The notes under the pieces were generated by a model. That model saw only the letters and a program-made list of their open reading frames with translations, was not told the origin of the DNA and searched no databases. Positions 1-10,071 of a DNA stretch of 64,000 bases are shown here, piece after piece (position 1 is the stretch's first letter; the number at the start of each line of letters is the position of its first letter). The stretch is from Nostoc sp. DedSLP01 (GTDB lineage: Bacteria; Cyanobacteriota; Cyanobacteriia; Cyanobacteriales; Nostocaceae), in the NCBI GenBank assembly GCA_034530875.2, contig JAVRCJ020000020.1:64001-128000 (forward strand), in the 5' to 3' direction. The position numbers and the translations under genes are program-made.

Positions 1-151
1 AAAAAATTGAGATAGGTAAATGCGTATCTTTCCTGACTCCAGATTTGTCATCAACATTTCTGGAGTTTTTTCATTGAAAATACAAAATATTTAAGCGATC
101 GCACTTCCCCTTTCAGGCTAATTCCAATGCGATCGCTTTTAATATCAATCC

Positions 152-994
152 TTATTTCACTGTATATGTAACAAAAATATCCTTTTTCATCTCTACCTCT
201 GCCGGAGCATCTGGATCGTAAGTTTGCGTTGTTAAAAAGCTAGCAAAAGATGGTAAAGAAACTCCTGTTTTGGAACTACAGGAAGGATAGAATAATGTGT
301 AAAATGGTTCGGCTACAGAAGCATTAGCAAGTTTAACACCCATAGCAGTCGCTAAAGCCTGAGCGCGACTTTGAGCATCTTTCATTGCTGACTGGTAAAC
401 TGAACTCTGCAAAGCTTGGCAATCATTGACTGCGTATTCTACGCCGACATTCTTGATAGTCAAATTTTCTAATTTGCTTGTTGCTTTGTTCGCTGTACCA
501 ACAAGTTCCTGAATGCGATCGCGGCTTGGTTTTTCGACTTTTAGTAAAATTTTGGCATTATTTTCACTAGAATTAGGATTAACCTGCACTTGAATTTTAT
601 CAGTACTAATTCCTTTAGCAACTAGGCTATCGACTATTGGCTGGAGACTGGCTTTAGTTATGGGGTTTTTCTTATCTGAAGAAGGTGGAGGCGGAATTTG
701 TCCTATTGCTGTGTTGCTACTTAATAAGAGACTTGGTAAAGTTTGACGGTGGATTTGGGATAGCGTTGATGGCTGCACTTCTAAATTATCATTGCTATCT
801 TTGATACCAACTACCAATTCCAGATCCGCTGTATCTGCTGGCACTCTTACTACTCCTTGACCCATTACCATTAATGAATTGCGATCGCTCGCTGGTGGAT
901 AAAATAATTGAGCGTTAGTGACTTTAGGTGTTAATCCTTCCATCCCAACAGTCACACTTATACTTAGAAGCATCACAGCAGTTATTTTTTTCAT
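152..994 (-). CDS. SIMPL (DUF541) domain secreted protein
   Basis: Signal peptide; VMGQGVVRVPAD and AMKDAQSRAQALATAMGVKL match the SIMPL pattern. Confidence 0.8.
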   Translation of the reverse strand: MKKITAVMLLSISVTVGMEGLTPKVTNAQLFYPPASDRNSLMVMGQGVVRVPADTADLELVVGIKDSNDNLEVQPSTLSQIHRQTLPSLLLSSNTAIGQIPPPPSSDKKNPITKASLQPIVDSLVAKGISTDKIQVQVNPNSSENNAKILLKVEKPSRDRIQELVGTANKATSKLENLTIKNVGVEYAVNDCQALQSSVYQSAMKDAQSRAQALATAMGVKLANASVAEPFYTLFYPSCSSKTGVSLPSFASFLTTQTYDPDAPAEVEMKKDIFVTYTVK

Positions 995-1124
995 GTTCTC
1001 AGAATGTATTTTGAACTAACTGTCAAAGTTTACACTTCAAGAACAATATACTTAATGTTTTATCTCAATAAATTTACTAAAAAAAGCACTGAGAAGTCCA
1101 AGAGCAGAGAGGGAAGTTGGAGTA

Positions 1125-1307
1125 ATACCAATTTGAAAAAAGAATTTGACAGATACACAAGCTCAAACCCTTGTAATATCTAGTTTTCTTAATTTTGTTA
1201 GCGCAGCCTAAAGCCTTCTCTACGACAGGCTGCGCGTAGCTTGCTTCCTCGTAGAGGTACGCTTAGAGCGAGTCTACGAGCGTCATACGTTAATTTTGAA
1301 TTGGTAT
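1125..1307. mobile_element. MITE-like element with imperfect terminal inverted repeats, carrying nested GC-rich small dispersed repeats
   Basis: ataccaatttgaaa (1125) versus ttttgaattggtat (1294-1307); GC-rich insert about 1198-1290; a collapsed copy of the same ends at about 11822-11861. Confidence 0.5.
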
Positions 1308-1354
1308 AAGGCTTTACCCTCTGCTTCCGTAGCTGTTTTGTAAATTCTGGGCTA

Positions 1355-1732
1355 TTAACCAAACCAGTGAGAAGGTTCGCAACCAGGGTGAACAGTTTCA
1401 CAAAGGTGATGGGTAATCCAATCTGACTTTTCTTGAACGATTAAACAAATACCTTGGTGAATCAAATTTTGTAAATGTAGTTGCTGCTCCAAGCGTTTAC
1501 GAGGTAACTGATAATTGAGCAAGCTTTCTTGTTCGATGTTTGCTAGCGGAAATTGTCCGTCAGATATGACGCTGTAAGAACAAGGAATGCGGCTGAGGAC
1601 GAAAGCAATTAGCTCTTGGCGTAAGTCAGGAATCGCAAAAGCTTGTTGATATGGATGATATGGATATGTATCCAAAACGCTTTCAATCTCTCCTACTACT
1701 GATTGCTGAGTTAAATTAACTACAGTTTTCAT
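1355..1732 (-). CDS. Small protein, probably ComFB-like family
   Basis: AAGGAG RBS upstream; VNLTQQSVVGEIESVL and ELIAFVLSRIPCSY resemble ComFB motifs. Confidence 0.5.
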   Translation of the reverse strand: MKTVVNLTQQSVVGEIESVLDTYPYHPYQQAFAIPDLRQELIAFVLSRIPCSYSVISDGQFPLANIEQESLLNYQLPRKRLEQQLHLQNLIHQGICLIVQEKSDWITHHLCETVHPGCEPSHWFG

Positions 1733-2552
1733 AATTTTTTAAACTCCTTTTTTCATTTCAGTCAATGATTGAAGTAAACAACTTTTCTAAATGGTAAAGT
1801 TGCCATCAAAATCAGTTACAAGCGATTCAACTAATGGATACAATAACGTCTGAAACTAGCTTTTTTTAGGGATAGAGTATCAAACATTTTCTTACAATTC
1901 TTTAAGTCAAACTTTATATTTTTTTACAGTATGACTGATTAAAACTCCACTAATTGAACTAATAAATTGCTGAGATTTTACCTTTATAGTACTGATTATT
2001 TTGAATTTGTGTATTTTTAACAGAAATCTACATAAAATGCAGCTTAGCTACTAGGGGATCAAGATGAATAATAAATATATCAGCTGGAAGATTAACAAAC
2101 TTCTAGTGAAATTCAACTTCCTTAGGGCTGAATCTTGCTTTTGAGTTTGCTACGAATTTTTTTGTTTCGTAGATAACACTAATTTGTTACATCTTGATTT
2201 AGTGAGTCGTAAAAATACTAAGTTACTAGACCGTCAAATCAGTCTAGCGACAGATGAAATGAATCAGGAAAAACTTTTAAAAAGTTCACATTATCTCAGA
2301 GAGACAGTCTAGCTTACAAACTATTGGGTGGAAATAAGGTGATTTTGATAACAATTTTTGTAAATCACTACATAGCTACAACACTCAAGAGTAGAGAGTG
2401 GTGTCATTCAATGACTGAAAAAGTTCTGTAACTACTGCGTGCAGGCTAAATCTTTGATTAAGGCGCTAATTACTGGAATATTAGGTTATGAGTATCCAAG
2501 TTCAGCGTTGTTGATTTTATGTATAAACGACTGTGCATAATATCAAAATCCT

Positions 2553-2583
2553 TGTAGAGACATTGCAATGCAACGTCTCTACA
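2553..2583. repeat. GTAG-type REP-like palindrome
   Basis: tgtagagacattgca-a-tgcaacgtctctaca; a related copy at 11678-11704. Confidence 0.7.
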
Positions 2584-2806
2584 CTGTTTCATACCGCAAT
2601 TGAGCAACCGCTGAAGTTCGAGGTCTTCCTTATATATAAGAAGCTTTGAGCGAAGAGAGGCGCATCCTGCAAGAAAGAAGCTACAGGCTTCTCTGCTTCT
2701 CATTAGTTATCATCAAATGACAAACGACAAAATTACTACTAATGACTGCTGAAAGCTAATAGTAGAATAAGGTACAGAAAAGCTGCACGGAAGGGAGGAA
2801 GGGAAA

Positions 2807-3649
2807 TTGGATGAAATGAGGGCGGCGCTTGAGTTAGCGACCGAAGAAGAATTACAAGACTTAACGGCAATTTTATTTAGTCGTAAGTTTAATCCCCTAG
2901 ACTACGTTCACACACCCGAACCCATCGAAGTGCAAAGCCAAGACCGCAAAGCTTGGCTAGATGCACTAGAAGGTCGCTTCCGCTTTTTAGCGGCAGATGG
3001 GATAACTGTATTGCGAGGACGCACAAACCAAGTAACTTACAGACAAGCACTCGTTCAAGTATGTAAGTATCTTAAAATTCCTTACTCTAGTCATTTAACA
3101 ACCGTTGATTTAGAAGCAGAAGTCTTTTTGCATCTGCTAGGACAGGTGTGGAAAAAATTGCCCGAACAGGAAAAACAAAAATTGACTTTACGGATACAGC
3201 GTCAGCTTGTCAAATCAGATTTAAAACAACCTTTACCACTTTTCTTGCAACCCGATCCTCTAGGGCTACTTTTTAAAGGCGGTAGTGCATTGGCTGTTAC
3301 TTCTATGTTGCAACCGCTTGTACTCAACCAAATTGCCCGTCAATTTGCCATACATCTTGCTACCTACGAAGTAGCTAAACAAGCGGCGATTAAAGGTACA
3401 GAAGCAGCGACAACCCAATTTCAAAGCTATGTAGCTATGCAAATGGCCAGAAGAGGTATGACTGTGAGTGCAGCTCGTTATGGAGCAGTCCGCAGTATAT
3501 TTGCCGCGATCGGGCCAATGATGTGGGCTTGGTTTTTTGCAGACTTGGGGTGGAGAGCGATCGCTACTAACTATGGTCGCATCATTCCTACCATTTTCGC
3601 CCTAGCTCAAATTCGTCTCACTCGTGCTGAATGTTGGGAGCCAGCTTGA
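2807..3649 (+). CDS. YaaW/UPF0174 family protein
   Basis: GGAGGA RBS with TTG start; FRFLAADG, VTYRQALVQVC and ATNYGRIIPTIFALAQIR are typical of cyanobacterial YaaW. Confidence 0.75.
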   Translation: MDEMRAALELATEEELQDLTAILFSRKFNPLDYVHTPEPIEVQSQDRKAWLDALEGRFRFLAADGITVLRGRTNQVTYRQALVQVCKYLKIPYSSHLTTVDLEAEVFLHLLGQVWKKLPEQEKQKLTLRIQRQLVKSDLKQPLPLFLQPDPLGLLFKGGSALAVTSMLQPLVLNQIARQFAIHLATYEVAKQAAIKGTEAATTQFQSYVAMQMARRGMTVSAARYGAVRSIFAAIGPMMWAWFFADLGWRAIATNYGRIIPTIFALAQIRLTRAECWEPA

Positions 3650-5049
3650 ACAAAGCTTTTTACCATTTAAACTCCCGTTGGGACTACTCTTTATTCGCAC
3701 TGCTAATCTTCCCGTTGAGTCCTTTAGTAGGGGCTGTGACTATAGGTTTTGTATCATTAATAACTTGGATTAAACAATACCGCCAAATTAGTCGCCGCCC
3801 CCTAAACTGGGGATTGGCTCTTTTAAGTTTGTTCCTGATTGTCAGTGCTGCGTTTGCCCAGAACAAGACAGAAGCTTTCCTTGGCTTATTTAATTTTTTA
3901 CCATTCTTTTTAGTTTTCGCCGCCTTTAGCACTTTAATTCAAACAACTGCCCAATTGCGGCAAATGGCTTGGGTTTTAGTAATCGGTTCAATGCCGGTCG
4001 TAGCTCTCGGTTTGGGACAATTATTTTTAGGCTGGAATTTTAAGTTAAAAATGTTGTGGGTTGTCTTGGAATGGACGATCGCACCAGGAGGAAATCCACC
4101 AGGTCGCATAGCTTCACTCTTCTTGCACGCCAACACCTTCGCGGCTTATTTAGTAATAGTTTTTATTCTGAGTTTAGGGTTGTGGCTGGAACAATGGGAA
4201 TTGGGCATAGGGCATTGGGTATGGGGCATGGGAAGAGGACAAGGAGACAAGGAGACAAGGGGAAAGACTTACTCTAACTTCTCCTCTGCCCCTCTGCTCC
4301 CCATCTCCTCATCCCCCCCACTCCCCACTCCCCACTCCCCACTCCCCTTCATCTTCCTTACCATCGCGGTGCTTACGAATTTCATCACCTTGATTTTCAC
4401 CAACTCGCGTAATGGATGGGGAATCGCTATTTTTGCTTGTTTAGCTTATGCATTCTACAAGGGTTGGCGGATTCTTGTGGGTACTGTCGTCGGTATCGTC
4501 ACTAGCGTACTTTTAGCGGCTTTTGCTCCCTCACCAATCGCTCGATTTTTTCGCCAGTACGTTCCTGCTTTCTTTTGGGCAAGGTTAAACGATGATATGT
4601 ATCCAGATAGACCAGTGGCTTTGATGCGAAAAACTCAGTGGGAGTTCGCCTGGTCTTTGGCTTGGCAACATCCTTGGACGGGTTGGGGCTTACGCAGTTT
4701 TAGTGGACTCTACAAAGCACACACGCAAATTAAGTTGGGTCATCCCCACAATTTGTTTTTAATGTTATCTGCTGAAACTGGTTTTCTTAGTACTTTTTTA
4801 TTTTGTGCCTTACTAGGTTGGATTTTGATTGCAGGAGCGCAATTACTGCGAAATTCAAAATACATCTATGCACAAGATAGATTGCTAATTTTCAGTTATC
4901 TTCTAGCCTGTGGGGGGTGGATTCTATTGAATACCGTAGATGTAACCCTGTTCGATTTTCGTTTGAATACGCTTTCATGGCTAATTTTAGCTCCTACTTG
5001 TGGAGTAGTACATCGCTATAACCAACAACAAAAGCTTATATCTGATTAA
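3631..5049 (+). CDS. O-antigen ligase (Wzy_C)/IctB-like membrane protein
   Basis: Multiple TM helices; FTNSRNGW, HPWTGWG and HPHNLFLMLSAETG motifs; contains an in-frame STRR insert at 4195-4347. Confidence 0.85.
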   Translation: MLGASLNKAFYHLNSRWDYSLFALLIFPLSPLVGAVTIGFVSLITWIKQYRQISRRPLNWGLALLSLFLIVSAAFAQNKTEAFLGLFNFLPFFLVFAAFSTLIQTTAQLRQMAWVLVIGSMPVVALGLGQLFLGWNFKLKMLWVVLEWTIAPGGNPPGRIASLFLHANTFAAYLVIVFILSLGLWLEQWELGIGHWVWGMGRGQGDKETRGKTYSNFSSAPLLPISSSPPLPTPHSPLPFIFLTIAVLTNFITLIFTNSRNGWGIAIFACLAYAFYKGWRILVGTVVGIVTSVLLAAFAPSPIARFFRQYVPAFFWARLNDDMYPDRPVALMRKTQWEFAWSLAWQHPWTGWGLRSFSGLYKAHTQIKLGHPHNLFLMLSAETGFLSTFLFCALLGWILIAGAQLLRNSKYIYAQDRLLIFSYLLACGGWILLNTVDVTLFDFRLNTLSWLILAPTCGVVHRYNQQQKLISD

Positions 5050-5164
5050 ACTGGCAACTGGGAACTGGGTAATAGGAAAGTTCTTAGAGTTCAGTAGTTG
5101 TGTTATTTTTTAACCCAGCCTACAAATTGGATATTTTTTAAATAGAAGTTTCTTTGTTGTTTTT

Positions 5165-5340
5165 CAGTGTATGCACTGGGGACATCTAAACCTTGAAGTT
5201 AATAATATAACTATATTCACGTCTGTGACTGTGAGTGTGACTAAAACCTAATTAGTCACTGTTGCTGATTGTTGGGAAGGTGTAGGGACAACCCTTTGGG
5301 GTTTTCCTGCATGACGGGCATCTCTTGTAGATGCCCTTTT
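5165..5340 (+). ncRNA. Candidate structured small RNA ending in an intrinsic terminator
   Basis: Hairpins at 5165-5178, 5237-5259 and 5281-5311, then the terminator at 5316-5340; no ORF. Confidence 0.35.
5316..5340 (+). terminator. Rho-independent terminator
   Basis: gggcatct-cttgt-agatgccc followed by tttt. Confidence 0.7.
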
Positions 5341-5784
5341 GTATGTCTATTTTTTCGGAATAAAATTGGAATTTATCCATCAAATTATTTCTCAAACTTT
5401 GGCATTATTTTTGATAGTTTATTTATTAATAATTAAGTAAAAAATTACACTTAGATTTCACAGTTGCAATTGATATCGTGTACTGGATTAGTAGGAATTG
5501 CCACAGTCAAGGGCATTGCAAAACCAGGAATGCTATTGCAGGCGATCGCATAAACAATCAAGAATATTTGAATTTCGTTTTGCCCATTGCAGAACAATAT
5601 CCCCGACTTCTTAAACAAGTCGGGGATCTATTAGGTTTAAATATTGACCAATCCATAAATCTCGTGCCCAATGACGCTACTGGCTCCCCAACGCAGTGGC
5701 TCCCCAATGCCCAATTTTTATGGCATGTCTCGGTAAAATGGGGTTGTCGATAAGAAAAAAAAGACGCCTCAGTAACTAAACTTT

Positions 5785-6306
5785 ATGCCCACAATAGCTG
5801 ATTTTTTTCAATACACCCAATGGTCGGGTATAGCCACTTTGGTATTCGCAGCCTTAGCAGTGTTGGCTTTTGTTCTCAAATGGGGCATCCGCTTTCGGCT
5901 GGTGGGGACGACTGGCTTTATGATAGTGCTAACAGCTGGTTTATTTGCACTTTCTATAGTCCCCTTGAGTCGTACTGTGATTCCTGGAGCAGTGCGCTAC
6001 AGTCTAGTTTATGACAATGCCTCAACACAAGCCGTAATCGCCGTATCACCAGAAATTACGCCCACACAATTAGAAGCAACTTTACGTCAAGCATCTAGCA
6101 ATCTTTATTCTTATGGTCGTTCTGGTACACTCCAAGACGACAAGTTAACAGTTCGCGCCCGTACCATTCTTCACCCAGAACCAGGAGTTTCAGTACCAGT
6201 TTACTTGGGCGAGGTCAAGCGATCGCTAGTTTCTCGTGACAACTCCCCAGTACAAGTAGACATTTATCAAGACAAATTTGCTCAATTGCCGAAATCGAAG
6301 GCTTAA
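5785..6306 (+). CDS. ycf51: Ycf51 family protein (DUF2518)
   Basis: WGIRFRLVGTTGF, YDN and QLEATLRQA..NL.SYGR signatures. Confidence 0.85.
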   Translation: MPTIADFFQYTQWSGIATLVFAALAVLAFVLKWGIRFRLVGTTGFMIVLTAGLFALSIVPLSRTVIPGAVRYSLVYDNASTQAVIAVSPEITPTQLEATLRQASSNLYSYGRSGTLQDDKLTVRARTILHPEPGVSVPVYLGEVKRSLVSRDNSPVQVDIYQDKFAQLPKSKA

Positions 6307-6495
6307 GGTGATTGGGGACTGGTGACTGGGGATTGGGGATTGGGGATTGGGGATTGGGCATTGATTAAGTGTGGGAGGATGGGGAAGAAATCTTTCCCCC
6401 TAGTCCCCACACTCCCCACACTTCTGTTTATCCCCACACTTCCCCATCTCCCTATCTCCTCATCTCCCAATCCCTAGTCACCAGTCCCCAATCAC
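6305..6495. repeat. STRR heptamer tract with complementary arms
   Basis: Tandem ggggatt/ggggact units followed by cccca-rich units. Confidence 0.8.
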
Positions 6496-6844
6496 CTATG
6501 CTTGTTATCAGGATGACATAATTTATTTTGTATTTACCGATACTTTAAAGATTATTTTTAGATTAAGATATTCACACTTTAGCGATCGGACTGTAATCAA
6601 AATTTAATCATTATACGGGTAACGGGTACTGGCAGTTACGATCTCTTACAAAGTTCCGAGCGCCGGCTTCCGGCGCTCCGACTTTGCGCTTTGTCAGTTG
6701 TTTTCCTATTTACCAGTTTTGCCATTTTCAAAAAAATTTGCAGCAAATGATTGGCTGTAGGGACATACAGATGTACACCCCTAATTTACGTATTCTGTAG
6801 CTGCTATCGCTTGAATGGTAGGGCTACGAAGAAAATCCCACTTG

Positions 6845-6870
6845 GCGATGCCTGCGGCGGTAAACTACGC
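6845..6870. repeat. Small dispersed repeat inserted within a HIP1 site
   Basis: GCGAT-gcctgcggcggtaaacta-CGC: removing the insert restores GCGATCGC. Confidence 0.5.
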
Positions 6871-7146
6871 TTTTTTTGGGAATCTGAGAGTGCTAATGTT
6901 ATTTAATTATACGGTTGTTCAAAACTTTGGTAGTTCGGAATTTTAGATCGATGAGCATTTATAGATTCAAGCATGGTCGTCAGATCGCTCAAACAGTCGG
7001 CAACAGGCTTTGTCTATTTCATGGCTCGGCTAAAATCCAGTTGAAGGGGTGTAAAATTTGTCGCCATCTTTAAAGTTGGCAACAAGTATCCCTAACCAAA
7101 TGTCAATTTGGTTAAGAAATATCAAAGTTTTGGCACACTAGTTTAT

Positions 7147-8337
7147 ATGTCTAATAAATTTTCTACTCAACCTTCTTTGTCTACTCAAACTTCTAGTTCG
7201 TTATTTACCCTTACAGTTGCCCCAGCAAAAGTAATCCGTGGTTCTGGCGTCTTGCAAGCAGCCGCAGCAGAAATCGCTTTGTTGGGAAGTCGTCCTTTAA
7301 TTGTGGCGGGAGAACGCACTCTTGCGATCGGGCAAGAAAATTTACTACCGATTTTAGAAACGCAACAGTTACATTCTGCCCAAGCTAGTTATGGTGCAGA
7401 TTGCTGCGAAGCGAGTTTGAAAAGTTTACGCAAGGTAGCTAAAGAACATAAAGCTGATGTAATTATCGGTGTTGGTGGCGGCAAAGCTTTGGATACAGCG
7501 AAATTAGTCGCGCAACAATTACAGCTACCAGTGGTGACGATTCCGACTTCTGCGGCTACTTGTGCAGCTTGGAGTGCCCTGTCGAATGTTTATTCCGAAG
7601 ACGGGGCATTTCTTTATGATGTGGGATTGTCTCGTTGTCCCGATTTATTGATACTCGATTATGATTTGATTAAAACTGCACCGCAACGTACTTTAGTAGC
7701 TGGAATTGGTGATGCGATCGCTAAGTGGTACGAAGCCTCAGTTAGCAGCGGACATTTACAAGACACTTTAATTATCGCCGCAGTCCAACAAGCACGAATT
7801 TTGCGAGATATCCTCTTGCAAAAGTCAGCTGCCGCCCTCAAAGAACCAGGTAGTGAAGTTTGGCGAGAAGTCGTAGACGCGACTGTGTTACTCGCTGGCG
7901 TAGTTGGCGGACTTGGAGGGGCGCAGTGTCGTACTGTTGCCGCCCATGCTGTGCATAATGGTTTAACGCACATTTCGGGACACGGCAGTATTCACGGCGA
8001 AAAAGTTGCTTTGGGAATTCTGGTGCAACTGCGTTTAGAAGAAATGCTACAAAACAATCAACTAGCAGCATCGGCACGGCAGCAGTTGTTAAAGTTCTAC
8101 ACAGAAATTGGACTACCCCAGAAATTAAGTGATTTGGGTTTGGGCAATATTACATTAGGTGAGTTGCAAACAGCAGCTGAAATTGCCCTAACTCCTAATT
8201 CTGACATCCATCGACTACCTTTTAAAGTCGCACTGGAACAGTTGATGGCGGCAATGGTTTCTACCACCGCACCGATAGATAGTAGAGACATGAATCGAGT
8301 TTCGCCCAAGGGAATGAGTGACGAGGTTGAACCATGA
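7147..8337 (+). CDS. Iron-containing alcohol dehydrogenase family, glycerol dehydrogenase-like
   Basis: GVGGGKALDTAK, IPTSAATCA, AGIGDAIAKWYE and HGEKVA motifs; ATG at 7147 preferred as start. Confidence 0.85.
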   Translation: MSNKFSTQPSLSTQTSSSLFTLTVAPAKVIRGSGVLQAAAAEIALLGSRPLIVAGERTLAIGQENLLPILETQQLHSAQASYGADCCEASLKSLRKVAKEHKADVIIGVGGGKALDTAKLVAQQLQLPVVTIPTSAATCAAWSALSNVYSEDGAFLYDVGLSRCPDLLILDYDLIKTAPQRTLVAGIGDAIAKWYEASVSSGHLQDTLIIAAVQQARILRDILLQKSAAALKEPGSEVWREVVDATVLLAGVVGGLGGAQCRTVAAHAVHNGLTHISGHGSIHGEKVALGILVQLRLEEMLQNNQLAASARQQLLKFYTEIGLPQKLSDLGLGNITLGELQTAAEIALTPNSDIHRLPFKVALEQLMAAMVSTTAPIDSRDMNRVSPKGMSDEVEP

Positions 8338-9545
8338 GTTTGAATTGGATAGTGCCAGCAGAACGCATACAAAAACTACCACCTTATGTATTTGCCCGTT
8401 TAGACGAATTAAAAGCTAAAGCACGGGAACAAGGGTTAGATTTAATTGATTTGGGAATGGGAAACCCCGATGGTGCGACACCACAACCAGTAGTAGAAGC
8501 GGCAATGGCCGCTTTGCAAAATCCCGCCAATCACGGTTATCCTCCCTTTGAAGGCACTGCGAGTTTCCGCCGAGCGATTACTACTTGGTATCGTCGGCGT
8601 TATGATGTCATTCTTGACCCCGATAGTGAAGCTTTACCGCTACTCGGTTCTAAAGAAGGATTAGCACATTTAGCGATCGCTTACATCAACCCAGGCGATG
8701 TAGTTCTAGTTCCTTCTCCCGCTTATCCGGCCCATTTTCGCGGCCCTGTAATTGCTGGCGGCCAAGTTCATAGCTTGATTCTCAAACCAGAGAATGATTG
8801 GTTAATTGATTTAGCTGCCATTCCTGATGAGGTTGCCCGCAAAGCCAAAATCCTCTATTTCAACTATCCCAGCAATCCCACCGCCGCCACCGCACCCCGG
8901 GAATTTTTTGAAGAAATCGTTGCCTTCGCCCGTAAATACGAAATTTTGCTGGTACACGATTTATGTTACGCCGAGTTAGCGTTTGATGGTTATCAACCAA
9001 CTAGCTTGTTAGAAATTCCCGGTGCGAAGGAAATTGGTGTGGAATTTCACACTTTATCCAAAACCTACAATATGGCAGGTTGGCGCGTTGGTTTTGTGGT
9101 GGGCAACCGCCATGTCATTCAAGGTTTGCGGACGCTGAAAACTAACTTGGATTACGGCATTTTTGCCGCCTTGCAAACAGCAGCCGAAACCGCTTTGCAA
9201 CTACCAGATGTGTATTTGCATGAAGTACAACAACGCTATCGCACCCGCCGTGATTTCCTGATTGAAGGATTAGGGCAATTGGGTTGGGATATTCCTAAAA
9301 CCAAGGCAACGATGTATCTTTGGGTGAAGTGTCCTGTAGGGATGGGTTCCACAGATTTTGCCTTGAATGTGTTGCAGCAAACAGGCGTTGTGGTGACTCC
9401 AGGTAATGCCTTTGGGGTTGCAGGTGAAGGATATGTGAGAATTAGCTTGATTGCAGATTGCGATCGCTTGGGTGAAGCTTTACATCGCTTAAAGCAAGCT
9501 GGCATTCGCTATCAACCGGAAGCTGTAGTCTCTGCTTCACAATAG
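8334..9545 (+). CDS. PLP-dependent class I aminotransferase (aspartate or LL-diaminopimelate type)
   Basis: LPPYVFA, NYPSNPT, HDLCY and HTLSKTYNMAGWRVGF; ATGA overlap with the upstream gene. Confidence 0.9.
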   Translation: MSLNWIVPAERIQKLPPYVFARLDELKAKAREQGLDLIDLGMGNPDGATPQPVVEAAMAALQNPANHGYPPFEGTASFRRAITTWYRRRYDVILDPDSEALPLLGSKEGLAHLAIAYINPGDVVLVPSPAYPAHFRGPVIAGGQVHSLILKPENDWLIDLAAIPDEVARKAKILYFNYPSNPTAATAPREFFEEIVAFARKYEILLVHDLCYAELAFDGYQPTSLLEIPGAKEIGVEFHTLSKTYNMAGWRVGFVVGNRHVIQGLRTLKTNLDYGIFAALQTAAETALQLPDVYLHEVQQRYRTRRDFLIEGLGQLGWDIPKTKATMYLWVKCPVGMGSTDFALNVLQQTGVVVTPGNAFGVAGEGYVRISLIADCDRLGEALHRLKQAGIRYQPEAVVSASQ

Positions 9546-9574
9546 AGATAACATACCCGATTAAAATCTAATTC

Positions 9575-9898
9575 ATGCAAACCTCTGCTGCCACTATTCC
9601 TCATTTAATTGCTGCGGGCTTTCACGCCCTTTCCGATCCACTCAGGATTAGCGTACTGGAATTGCTACGACAGCGAGAACTATGTGTGTGCGATTTGTGC
9701 GAAACCTTGGGGGTTAGTCAGTCGAAATTAAGCTTTCATCTGAAAACCCTCAAGGAAGCTGCCTTAGTTAACTCCCGTCAAGAAGGACGCTGGATTTATT
9801 ACAGTTTGAATTTGCCGCAGTTTAGCGTTTTAGAAGAATATTTGGCAGGTTTTAGTGATAATCGGGTAATTTCATCTGTACTTCCCTGCTGCGATTAG
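9575..9898 (+). CDS. arsR: ArsR/SmtB arsenic-responsive repressor
   Basis: ELCVCDL metal box, SQSKLSFHLK HTH and a C-terminal CC; lies next to ars genes. Confidence 0.9.
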   Translation: MQTSAATIPHLIAAGFHALSDPLRISVLELLRQRELCVCDLCETLGVSQSKLSFHLKTLKEAALVNSRQEGRWIYYSLNLPQFSVLEEYLAGFSDNRVISSVLPCCD

Positions 9899-10004
9899 TG
9901 TAGCGTTTTTAAACGCCAAGTAACGCCAAATAAGCGCCAAGCTACGCAGAGTCTCGATCGAAAATTCGCTACGAAATAGATGTAAAGGTTTATATACTTA
10001 GTGC

Positions 10005-10058
10005 TTGACATATCAACTTTTTTTGAAATAATATCAATACATCAACTTTTTTTGAAAT
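10005..10058 (+). promoter_or_regulatory. ars promoter with tandem ArsR operators
   Basis: TTGACA at 10005, 18-nt spacer, TAATAT at 10029; exact direct repeat ATCAACTTTTTTTGAAAT at 10012-10029 and 10041-10058, resembling the Synechocystis ArsR operator ATCAAGTTTTTTTGATG. Confidence 0.85.
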
Positions 10059-10071
10059 GTAAGGCGTTGAG

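Noticed and set aside
1198..1401. 67-aa ORF; likewise the ORFs at 2470-2703, 5478-5753, 11668-11853, 33600-33845 and 61868-62116
   Set aside because: They run through REP/SDR/MITE or terminator sequence and lack recognisable protein features
9910..9948. aacgccaa 10-bp-period repeats before the ars promoter as an operator
   Set aside because: They look like a short tandem repeat; a better operator match lies at 10012-10058
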